Positions 53,701-61,177 of a stretch of 64,000 nucleotides of DNA are shown one piece after another (position 1 is the stretch's first letter; each line of letters begins with the position of its first letter). Source of the stretch: a virus (Duplodnaviria; Heunggongvirae; Uroviricota; Caudoviricetes); IMG/VR virus record IMGVR_UViG_3300048503_000086; one strand, written 5' to 3'. The position numbers and the translations under genes were made by a program. Below the pieces are notes generated by a model that searched no databases, was not told where the DNA came from, and saw only the letters and a program-made list of their open reading frames with translations.

Positions 53701-54048
53701 GAACACCAGGAACTTGTCGGACAGATCCAGCCCCGTGAACCACTGATAGATGCGGACGTGGACGTTGTAGATGTCGTAGGCGTCGAAGATCGCCTTGAGC
53801 GATCCGTCCGTATCGTCCAGCGTCAAGGCCACCTGCGCCGAGCTGCCGTTGAAGGCGAGGTCCAGCACGTCGTCCAGGTCGCCCAGGTCCACGATCTTGC
53901 CGGGGATGGGCGGTGGCCCGGGAAGATCCCGGTCGGCGTAAGACTGCGTGGCAGCACCCTTGTACCAGTCGATCTCGACGATCGAGATCGGCTCAGTCCC
54001 GTACTGGGCGGCGAGCTTGGCCAGGCCGTTGCTGGAAATCGTTCGCAT
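50782..54048 (-). CDS. Large tail protein (1088 aa; host-specificity / central tail-fibre-like)
   Basis: Size, position between the tail-fibre genes and the tape measure, and the motif-8 copy in its 5' leader. Confidence 0.65.
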   Translation of the reverse strand: MRTISSNGLAKLAAQYGTEPISIVEIDWYKGAATQSYADRDLPGPPPIPGKIVDLGDLDDVLDLAFNGSSAQVALTLDDTDGSLKAIFDAYDIYNVHVRIYQWFTGLDLSDKFLVFAGRINTPVTWNERDRTLKVTIVSPLENLEVGFSVEEGSFPYIPSEMIGKPWPMVFGEVIDYAALEVNMAIEGVTLDPVGFVTWTGEILPLYANGTDFDPSTLFGLWKQGQQLNVYNQAADLWEDVDPVQYQQYREMAQAISNQMANEEFLLNKKEACMLATRARQLSELAGYTGANPIHILGGEDFPQNQQVQITLGSAYLTGSFQGELFTIASAEDPQVIVRYNLEVANAELKAAQHLIDCPLLNPPPAATLHFTANIPCGSLGDVINFNTEVATGTLSMTSALGVPITPGAAPAAPNPCVLDEAVVILTVPTNPIVKPPTLTAKQFWADAGAKVQLGVNQGCNFIASIVPGQVLCVKAFQTVNGQRVLNVVPPSWYTVETVQYGSITAVQIVLQQRLSLMVYQDLNSNWITGWSDQLYVTFQSSVGPNIVDILEYLIENYTDLTWDATSFNHCRTMLAPFPANFPLLERKNVLQVLKDIAFQCRCAIWIENEVVYLTYLPEEPTPVDTITVSDIDSEHGMEIASTDTENLVTKMNVKWRMGYAPEPGEQQEQLIVLRHNVSRYGLWEKDYDWWIFNQPDIILKMATFWLIRYSMIWKRIRFRAFLNKLNLETFDCVTFDVPGAVASAAVPVLVQKAAYNSAENSIDFECECPVNAGAMVQFPYYWPSALPTTTTWPPSVTETVGFGGGGIGMNANGLLPVGQLPSASYYIPVGPNGSLTGNGSTVPAGGVRPIAQGVFVGGPNVIFGPHPDWGDPTPGDTGFAAQPVVLPNQYTSYTVGTPALLDLALDYLEESVISDTPLPVSVVIDLSTTKIMDSKNPGPKNFGYLGDFFSLGQVGAPVIDPTNTSATYALKMDLAKAEAAYTPAMSDYLYNVPGSAATVQLDAVANVVRGISVGSTTAIVTAATRLGTDVARLAADVSNLALGMASTVTLIAPFVSQAWGVTLNSAQFTAIQTDASTVASLVSAIVY

Positions 54049-54102
54049 GGCAAGACCTCAAACGTGCGATGGGGACGTGCAATGGGCGCGAGGCCCCGCT
54101 AT

Positions 54103-54133
54103 AAGAGTTGCAAGAACGGCGGAACTGGTTTCC
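54103..54133 (-). promoter_or_regulatory. Copy 8 of the conserved motif
   Basis: tAAGAGTTGCaagaacggcggaaCTGGTTtcc, 55 nt upstream of the ATG at 54048. Confidence 0.5.
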
Positions 54134-54151
54134 AGAATTCCGCGGACGCCT

Positions 54152-54556
54152 CTAGGCGGTTTGCAGCACTCCCTCGAATTCCAGCTCAATGGCCTGTTCC
54201 TCCCCGCGAAGCAAGGGCGGCCGTGCAGGGGCACCTCGTTCGGGGGTGTCAAGCTCGAAGGGATTACTGGTGAAGTAGCCGACCCAGTTCCGCCCCAAGT
54301 GGTCCAGCACGTAAATCTTCGAGGCGAAGTAGGACTGGATGAAGGCCCGCAGTTCCAGACCCTTGTTGCGAGTCAATTGGAAGGTCCACTTCAGCCTCCG
54401 CCGGCCGCCCTTGGTCTTGACGTAGGTCCGACGTGTGCCATCCATCGCCCGCTTCACGATCACCGCATCGGTCAGGTTCATGGCATCGCTGAACTTCGGC
54501 TCGGGGAGAACCGTCAAGGTCTGCAACGTCGGATAGGGGGCTTGGAGATAGAACAT
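54152..54556 (-). CDS. Tail-associated hypothetical protein
   Basis: 134 aa. Its C-terminus resembles the C-terminus of 54578-56176. Confidence 0.5.
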   Translation of the reverse strand: MFYLQAPYPTLQTLTVLPEPKFSDAMNLTDAVIVKRAMDGTRRTYVKTKGGRRRLKWTFQLTRNKGLELRAFIQSYFASKIYVLDHLGRNWVGYFTSNPFELDTPERGAPARPPLLRGEEQAIELEFEGVLQTA

Positions 54557-54577
54557 GATCGACTCCCACTGCTGAGC

Positions 54578-56176
54578 CTACGACACCAGTTGACCCTCAA
54601 ACTCCAAGCCAGCCGTGAAGCTGTACTTGCTGTCTTCCACCACTGGGTCATTGGGATTGGTGATGACACCGACCCAGTAATGGCCTTCCCAATCCGACAG
54701 GCCGATCTCCAGCCCGATGTGGTTCAGCATGAACTCCAGCAGGGCTTCGGCCTGCGTGGGCGTGAGCGCGGAAAAGGTCAGCACCAGGGTCTCCGTCTTC
54801 GGCCACATGGGGTCCGCGTAGACGATTAGCGTGCCGCCTCGCGTCTCGCGGCAGATGCGGTTGAACTGCAAGCGATCCTTGTTGCCGAACTCCGGGTCGC
54901 GCAGCGCCAGCGTGTCCGTAGCCGTTCCCGTGGATGGGTAGACCAGGGTGAAGGTCCCCGGTGCCGCCAGGTTGGGACCGGCCAAGGTGGCCGCGGGCGG
55001 CGTGGGATTGCCGGCCGTGCCCGCCCCGATGAAGGGTCGATAGTCCCTCTTCACCAGTCCAAAGGGCAGCGTGTAGCTGAAGGACTGCTCAATGACGATG
55101 TTGTCCTCGGCCGACAACAGCCGCACGACCACCACCGAGGCCCGGTCGCCGATGGTCAGCGGATCGGTGGTCGGCCTGCCGACGGCGACCAGAGCCATGT
55201 CGCCCAATTCAATCGCGTCAACGACATCGGGCGAAGGGCTCTTGACGGCCGCATCACTGAGGCTGAGGGCGTCCGTTGCCGCAAGCGCGATCGCCGTAGA
55301 ACGGATGACGCCGACCTGGATCGACTCGCCGAAGGAGAGCCGATCGGTTACGCTCTGAGCGCTGTGCCAGATGACCTCCGAGTTGCTGTCCTGCAAGCCC
55401 GTGTAAACGGTCCGCGAGACATTGTTCGTCGAATCCCAGACCTGGTCCGACGTTTGCAGCACGTCCACTGCGCCGGCGTAGATCGGGCCGATCTCATTGG
55501 CCGCATCGGCAATGCCAATCGCATCGGTGACCTGGAGGCTCCAGTGTTTCTGCTGCCAGACGGCCGTCGAATCCTGGACAGGTATCTGGTCGATCACGTC
55601 CAGGTGCTGGCTGGTGTCGTGGCCGGCGGCCGTATCCACCAGCGACAGCACGTCGGTCGCACCGGCCTGGATCACAGGGTTGGAGCCGGCCGCCGTGTCC
55701 GCCAGCGACAGCATGTCAGTCGCGCCGGCGTGGATCACAGGGTTGAAGCCGGCCGCCGTATCCGCCACCACAATGAAATCGGTGGCCTGCGGGCTGCCTA
55801 TTTTCTGGACCGTCGCACTCTGGGAGACCGTCAGCGGATCGGTGACATTCTTGCCGCTCGGGCCGATGGCATCCTCATGGAGCGACAGGCTATCGGTCGC
55901 ACCGACGATGTAGACCCAGGCAGATTGGGCCTGGTCCGCAACCGCCAAGGCGTCGGCCGCCGTCCGTGAGGCGACATGACACACCACAGCTTGATCGCCG
56001 AGCGAGAGAGCGGAGAGGGTGGAGCGAGCGGCAGCGTGCCCGACGTTTGCGGCATCGTTCAACGTCAGGGGATCTAGGGCGCTGGCGGTGTGCGCACTGA
56101 CCACCGTGTCCTGACCAAGGACAATGTTGCCCAGTTCCGCGTTGGCGACACCCAGCCGGCCGGTAGTTGCAGCCAT
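54578..56176 (-). CDS. Tail protein with internal tandem peptide repeats
   Basis: Repeats of about 20 aa: ...AGATDMLSLADTAAGSNPVIQAGATDVLSLVDTAAGHDT... Confidence 0.6.
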   Translation of the reverse strand: MAATTGRLGVANAELGNIVLGQDTVVSAHTASALDPLTLNDAANVGHAAARSTLSALSLGDQAVVCHVASRTAADALAVADQAQSAWVYIVGATDSLSLHEDAIGPSGKNVTDPLTVSQSATVQKIGSPQATDFIVVADTAAGFNPVIHAGATDMLSLADTAAGSNPVIQAGATDVLSLVDTAAGHDTSQHLDVIDQIPVQDSTAVWQQKHWSLQVTDAIGIADAANEIGPIYAGAVDVLQTSDQVWDSTNNVSRTVYTGLQDSNSEVIWHSAQSVTDRLSFGESIQVGVIRSTAIALAATDALSLSDAAVKSPSPDVVDAIELGDMALVAVGRPTTDPLTIGDRASVVVVRLLSAEDNIVIEQSFSYTLPFGLVKRDYRPFIGAGTAGNPTPPAATLAGPNLAAPGTFTLVYPSTGTATDTLALRDPEFGNKDRLQFNRICRETRGGTLIVYADPMWPKTETLVLTFSALTPTQAEALLEFMLNHIGLEIGLSDWEGHYWVGVITNPNDPVVEDSKYSFTAGLEFEGQLVS

Positions 56177-56212
56177 GTTATCACCTCACCCGGGTGTCGA
56201 TAAAGGAGGCCA

Positions 56213-57868
56213 CTAAAGTACGACCGTCGTGCCATTCGCGTTCAAGCCGCTGTACAGATTCGTGACCTCGGTCGAAGTGAGGGCCCGGTTGTAGATGCGC
56301 AGGTCGCACAGGTTGCCGATGAAGGGCATGTTCGACAAGGTGCTCTCGCCAGTGCCTAGCTCCACAAACCCGGTGGCCGTGCTGATATTCGATCCACTGG
56401 CGGTGCCCGTCGTTTGGAGCACTCCGTCCAAGTAGAACAGCACCTGGGAGTTCGCCGTAAAGCCGCTGGGCACGATCCAGACACCGTGGTGCCAGGTGTC
56501 GGCAGTGATCGTGCTGGTGGAGACGACACTGCCCGAATAGCAGTTCAGGCCCAGGCCCGAAGGCTGCATGTAGATATTGATGTTCTTCCCGGAGCTGCTT
56601 TGGCCATAGCAAAAGGCGACGTTGCTACGGGTGGTGCTCCAGGTGGAAGGGCACTTGAACCAGACGGAAATGGTTCTCGGTGCCGTGGACAATGGTAGGG
56701 GCCAGTCGCAAACGCCGCCGCTCTTATAAACGTCATCGGAGCCGTTGAACAGGGCGCTACGCCAGGCAGGGTTCGTCAGGGCGGTGGGCACGTCCGTGGA
56801 GACGGTCGGATAGCCGGACGACGGGTTCAGACAAATCTGGAAACCCGAGGAGTCCGCGTAGCCGCCCGTGGTGACCGTCTCATTCAGCTTGTACCAGCCG
56901 ACCAGGCCGGCCTCGGGCTGGCCGCTGGGCGCTCCCTCGTCCCAGGCCAGCAATACCACCGATGTAGGAGTGGAGTTGACCGTCGAGCAATAGAAGACCA
57001 GTTGGTCGGGCTCGTAGCCGCTGGGACTAAAGGTGGTGTCGGTGGGGGCGGCGCAGCCGTAGACCGGAATCCAATCGACCCCGTTGTTGGAGATGTAAAA
57101 GCCGCAACCCGTCTCACCGTTCTCCGAGGTGCAGCGGACCGCCTTCAGCCAAAGGCGATCGGTGGGAGAGATGGTTGTCAATGCCAACTTGGCAGGCGTC
57201 GTGCTATCCGCGGTCGCTGGGGCACGAACCGTGATGCTCGGGCCCGCAGACGACCAGAGCACCAGCTCGGCCTGCCCGTGCGTACTGTCGCGGAAGCCGA
57301 TCCCTACCAGGCCGGCCGTGCCGTAGTTGATGTAGGTCGCCGCATCCACACAGGCCACCAGCGTAACCACGCCGTTGGTGGCGCTAGGCATGGGCCGGGT
57401 CAGGTACACGCCCTCGTAGCTGCTGCCGCCGGTCTTGGCGATCGTCAGCGCGTTGCCGGTCTGCGTGACCGTGGTGTCACTGTGCGAGTCCACCTTCGTA
57501 AAATCGCTGACAACCAGGGCAGTGCCGGAGGAGTTCACGATGCGAAGGGGAGGCTGAACTGCCGCCCAGGAGCAATTGTCCGCCAGGAAAGTCTGCAAAC
57601 TGCCCGCTGTCAGGATCACGAGGACCGGCGCAGCGGAGGCGTGCGTGGCGGCCGTAGTGCCTTCGATGCCCCGCGTGACGGTCAAGGTCGTGCCGGCGCA
57701 GCCGGTGCAGAGCATGACTTCGCTGTCCACCAGCAGGCGAAAGTCACCCGTGGCCGGAAGCGCGGCGGCGCTGGCGACCGTCAGGGTCGTCGCCGTGGTC
57801 GAGGTGATGGCGGCCGACAGCGTCGTGGCTGCCGCATCGACAAGTTGCTCACGTCGTACCGCCATCAT
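56213..57868 (-). CDS. Tail fibre with C-terminal LamG/concanavalin-like domain
   Basis: Conserved N-terminal module (ATTLTVASAAALPATGDFRLLVDSEVMLCTG...TVTRGIEGTTAATHAS). C-terminus: WFKCPSTWS...LFYLDGVLQ...DLRIYNRALTSTEVTNLYSG. Confidence 0.7.
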   Translation of the reverse strand: MMAVRREQLVDAAATTLSAAITSTTATTLTVASAAALPATGDFRLLVDSEVMLCTGCAGTTLTVTRGIEGTTAATHASAAPVLVILTAGSLQTFLADNCSWAAVQPPLRIVNSSGTALVVSDFTKVDSHSDTTVTQTGNALTIAKTGGSSYEGVYLTRPMPSATNGVVTLVACVDAATYINYGTAGLVGIGFRDSTHGQAELVLWSSAGPSITVRAPATADSTTPAKLALTTISPTDRLWLKAVRCTSENGETGCGFYISNNGVDWIPVYGCAAPTDTTFSPSGYEPDQLVFYCSTVNSTPTSVVLLAWDEGAPSGQPEAGLVGWYKLNETVTTGGYADSSGFQICLNPSSGYPTVSTDVPTALTNPAWRSALFNGSDDVYKSGGVCDWPLPLSTAPRTISVWFKCPSTWSTTRSNVAFCYGQSSSGKNINIYMQPSGLGLNCYSGSVVSTSTITADTWHHGVWIVPSGFTANSQVLFYLDGVLQTTGTASGSNISTATGFVELGTGESTLSNMPFIGNLCDLRIYNRALTSTEVTNLYSGLNANGTTVVL

Positions 57869-57877
57869 GCACCTCGC

Positions 57878-59560
57878 TTACAAAGCCACCGCCGAGCCGT
57901 CGGCGTTCAAGCCGTTGTAAAGGTTTCCGATCCCGGTCGAGGTGAGGGCAGTGTTGTAGACCCGCACGTCGCAGACCTTGCCCGGAAAGTAGTTGCTCGC
58001 AGCCGGGCTGCGGCCGAAGAAGACGTTGCCAGGCTGCGTGTTCACCACGTGGGTGTCGCTGTGCCCTGTGGTCGTTAGCAGCGCGCCGTCCAGGTAAAAG
58101 ACGATCTGGGCGTTGCTGGTGCAACTCGTGGGCACGACCACCGCCAAGTGGTGCCAGCCGGTGTCCGGCCACGTCGAGCCGGAGAAATTGGTCCCCGGGG
58201 TCACGGTCGCGGTGGCGTTACCGCCATTAACGTCAAGTTCCAGGCCGGCCGTGGCCAGCGACAATTGGAAAAACTGTCCCGAAGCGTTGTAGCCCCAGCC
58301 CAAGAGCGCATACTCCGAGGGGATGGCACCGGCCGAAGCACACTTGAACCACAGCGAGAGCGTGCGCGGCGTGCTGCCCAAGGGCAGCAACTCCCAGTCC
58401 GTGGTCTGGGTGTAGTTCGATGTCCCGTTGAAGTCCAAGGTCTGCCGGCCGGGCAGCGCGCTGGGTGAGTCCAGAGTCGTTGTGGGGGTGGCAACCTGGC
58501 CGCCACTGATCGTGGCGTAGATCCGCTGGTGCAATTCCGCCGGCCCGTGGTCGAAAAGCGTCGCTTGGACGGGATTCTCGTTGCAGGGATACCAGCTCAC
58601 CAGGCCCGACTCCGCCACGTTGGCTCCCTCGTCCCAAGCCAGCAGGTTCGCTGCACTGGGATAGGGGCTGTTCGCCAGGTCCACGAAGATCAGGCTGTCC
58701 GGTGCGGTGCTGAAGAAGTCGCTCACCCGCTGAGAAAGGAGCGCCATCCAATTGATGCCAGTGTCCGAAATGCTGTAGCTGTAGCCGTCGCCCGTGTAAC
58801 AAATCCGCATCCACAGGTGTGGCGTGGGGCCGAGGTTGGCGGTGCCGGATGTGCCGTAGCCGTAGACCACGCCGGAAGACCCGCCGCTGGTGGTCGTTGG
58901 GGCGCTGAACTGCGTGATGTACAAGAAAGCACCCATGACGTTCATGGGCTGGTAGATGAAAGCGACGGCCTTGCCCGTGGACGAGCAGTACAGTCCCACG
59001 CCAACTTCCAAGTAGCCCCCGTACAGCCCCATGCCGTCCACACAGGCCGTCAGCACCGCGGGGCGCTGAGACGGCAGCGGGCGTATCATCCAGGTGCCAA
59101 ACGCCTGGCTGGCCATGCCGTTACGTGCGACCGTAATCGCCGTGCCCCTTTGCTTGACGACAGGCGGCGGTCCGACGCTGACCACGCCGAAGCTGGCCGT
59201 CGTCAAGGGGTTTCCCGAAGCGTCCACAAGCCGCAGGGGCGGTCGCTGGCCGGCCAGAGGAACATTGTCACCGAGAAGTGCCTGAAGGGCCCCCTGGGTC
59301 AAGACGTTGACCACGGCAACGCCGCTGGCATGGCTTGCCGCCGTCGTCCCTTCCACTCCGCGGACCACCGTCAGGGTCGTGCCCGAGATGGCCGTGCAAA
59401 GCATCATCTCCAGCTCGACCAGCAGGCGGAAGTCGCCACTGGCGGGAAAGAGGCTGGCGCTGGCCACGCTCAGCGTCGTGGCCGAACTGCTCAGGGCGCT
59501 GGTCAACGTCGTGGCGGCGTTATTCATCAGTAGCTCGCGGCTGCTCATGATTCGCTCCAA
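57878..59560 (-). CDS. Tail fibre paralog 2 (LamG-like C-terminus)
   Basis: Same N-terminal module as 56213-57868. C-terminus: LWFKCASAG...VFYLDGALL...DVRVYNTALTSTGIGNLYNG. Confidence 0.7.
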   Translation of the reverse strand: MERIMSSRELLMNNAATTLTSALSSSATTLSVASASLFPASGDFRLLVELEMMLCTAISGTTLTVVRGVEGTTAASHASGVAVVNVLTQGALQALLGDNVPLAGQRPPLRLVDASGNPLTTASFGVVSVGPPPVVKQRGTAITVARNGMASQAFGTWMIRPLPSQRPAVLTACVDGMGLYGGYLEVGVGLYCSSTGKAVAFIYQPMNVMGAFLYITQFSAPTTTSGGSSGVVYGYGTSGTANLGPTPHLWMRICYTGDGYSYSISDTGINWMALLSQRVSDFFSTAPDSLIFVDLANSPYPSAANLLAWDEGANVAESGLVSWYPCNENPVQATLFDHGPAELHQRIYATISGGQVATPTTTLDSPSALPGRQTLDFNGTSNYTQTTDWELLPLGSTPRTLSLWFKCASAGAIPSEYALLGWGYNASGQFFQLSLATAGLELDVNGGNATATVTPGTNFSGSTWPDTGWHHLAVVVPTSCTSNAQIVFYLDGALLTTTGHSDTHVVNTQPGNVFFGRSPAASNYFPGKVCDVRVYNTALTSTGIGNLYNGLNADGSAVAL

Positions 59561-60456
59561 GCCAGGAGGCTGCCCGAAGTCTGCTGGGCATTGTTGCTGC
59601 CGACCATGAAGAACGCCTGGTTGAAGAGGTCGCCGCTGTGGGTGTAATAGTCAGCAGACGTGGTGAGCACCAGCCAGTTCACTCCGTCCGCGGAGACCGA
59701 GTAGGTCGCCGTGTGGCTCGCGTCAATGGTGATCTTCATCCACGCCCGCGAGATGCGGCAAGTAGATGCAAGACTCAGCAGCCAGGTGCTCTCCGTGTCA
59801 GAATCCGTCCAGCCGGCGACGCCGATGTTGGAATTTGCAGCCGGGCAATAGACAATGCCGTAGGCATCTCCGTAGACGGAGTCGCAGAGCCCGATGCCGA
59901 GATAGTTCACGTTGGGTGATACGTCGTCGATGTTAATACCGCCGACGCAAGCGATTATCGTGCAGGGGCGGTTGGCCGTCAGCGCTCGAAGCAACCAGGT
60001 CCCGTGGTAAGCGCCGCCGGTCGGTTGCGTGAGGATCTGGATTTGGTTGCCAACCTGCCGTGCGGCCCCGATGTTGCTCTTGTCGTTGATGGTAAAATTG
60101 CCGAGCGTCAAAGGGTTTCCGTTGATGTCCAGCAGCCGGAACGACGGCCGGCTGATGGCCGCCAAGGGCACGCTATCCTGCAAGAGAGCAGTCAGACCGC
60201 CGGCCGTCAGGATGTGCGCCACGACCGCCGCGCTGGCGTGCGAGGCCGCCGTCGTGCCCTCGATGCCGCGGGTCACCGTCAGCGTGATGCCCGAGACGCC
60301 CGTGCAAAGCAGCAACTCGGTATCAATAATCAGGCGGAAGTTGCCACAAGCCGGAAAGGAAGCGTTGCTGGCCACGGTGATCGTCGCATCCGACGACCTC
60401 GCCGCAGAGGCAAGGGTCGTGGCCGCCAGGTTCGTAAACTGCTCGCGTGGGGCCAT
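59545..60456 (-). CDS. Tail fibre paralog 3 (shared N-terminal module, distinct C-terminus)
   Basis: ATTLASAARSSDATITVASNASFPACGNFRLIIDTELLLCTG...TVTRGIEGTTAASHAS. Confidence 0.65.
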   Translation of the reverse strand: MAPREQFTNLAATTLASAARSSDATITVASNASFPACGNFRLIIDTELLLCTGVSGITLTVTRGIEGTTAASHASAAVVAHILTAGGLTALLQDSVPLAAISRPSFRLLDINGNPLTLGNFTINDKSNIGAARQVGNQIQILTQPTGGAYHGTWLLRALTANRPCTIIACVGGINIDDVSPNVNYLGIGLCDSVYGDAYGIVYCPAANSNIGVAGWTDSDTESTWLLSLASTCRISRAWMKITIDASHTATYSVSADGVNWLVLTTSADYYTHSGDLFNQAFFMVGSNNAQQTSGSLLAWSES

Positions 60457-60530
60457 TGCGTCACCTGGGGAAAAGCGGGCCGGGGGCCGGTTGGAAGGCC
60501 GGCCCCCAACCCGGCGAGGGAGAGATCAGG

Positions 60531-61151
60531 CTAGGCGGTGACGGAGTAGGTGATCTTCAACTGGTCACCACTCTGAACGGCCACGTCACCGCTGGTGAAG
60601 GCGGCTGCGGACCAGAGCGTTGCACCGCTGCCGCTGGTGTGGTCGCCCTTCGTCTGGCAAATACTGTTGCCGCCCACGAGGAAGAGGCCCTTGATCGTGC
60701 CCGTCGCCGTGATGTCGAAGACCGAGGCGGTCGAATTGGCGACCGCGGCCACGTGAGAAGTGACCGAGACCGCGCCCGAGGTCCAGACCGGACGGGTGGC
60801 GCTACTGCCGCTGTTGAGGTCGTCGGTGTAGGCGGTGTTCTCCCGCCAGCCGTTGGTCCCGGCAAGCTGGCCGTAGGAGTCGCCCTGGGCGTAGGCGGTG
60901 AAGCTCACGCTGTCCACCAGGCCCATCCAGTAGGACGTGATCTGCGTGACCGAATGGAACATCACGCCCAACAGTGCCGTGCGGCCCTCGTCGGTGATGT
61001 AGTTGGGCGCTTCGTACTCCGCGATCAGCTTCCCGTCGCGCCAATGCTCGACGTGGTATAGGCCATGCGGCTCCAGCTTGTCGCTGACCGGCTTCGCGGG
61101 GCGGACCAGTTCGACGCTGGCCCGCTGGCCCACATTCAAGGTGTCCTTCAT
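60531..61151 (-). CDS. Hypothetical tail/baseplate-associated protein
   Basis: 206 aa, located in the tail gene block. Confidence 0.5.
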   Translation of the reverse strand: MKDTLNVGQRASVELVRPAKPVSDKLEPHGLYHVEHWRDGKLIAEYEAPNYITDEGRTALLGVMFHSVTQITSYWMGLVDSVSFTAYAQGDSYGQLAGTNGWRENTAYTDDLNSGSSATRPVWTSGAVSVTSHVAAVANSTASVFDITATGTIKGLFLVGGNSICQTKGDHTSGSGATLWSAAAFTSGDVAVQSGDQLKITYSVTA

Positions 61152-61177
61152 GGTGAACCTCCTTCAAGGATTGATTG

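Noticed and set aside
720-54133. Reading the repeated motif as a sigma-54 (-24/-12) promoter or as a rho-independent terminator
   Set aside because: GG and GC elements are not in the sigma-54 order or spacing on either strand. There is no dyad symmetry or U-tract in the motif. Placement is 5' of genes, not 3' of operons.
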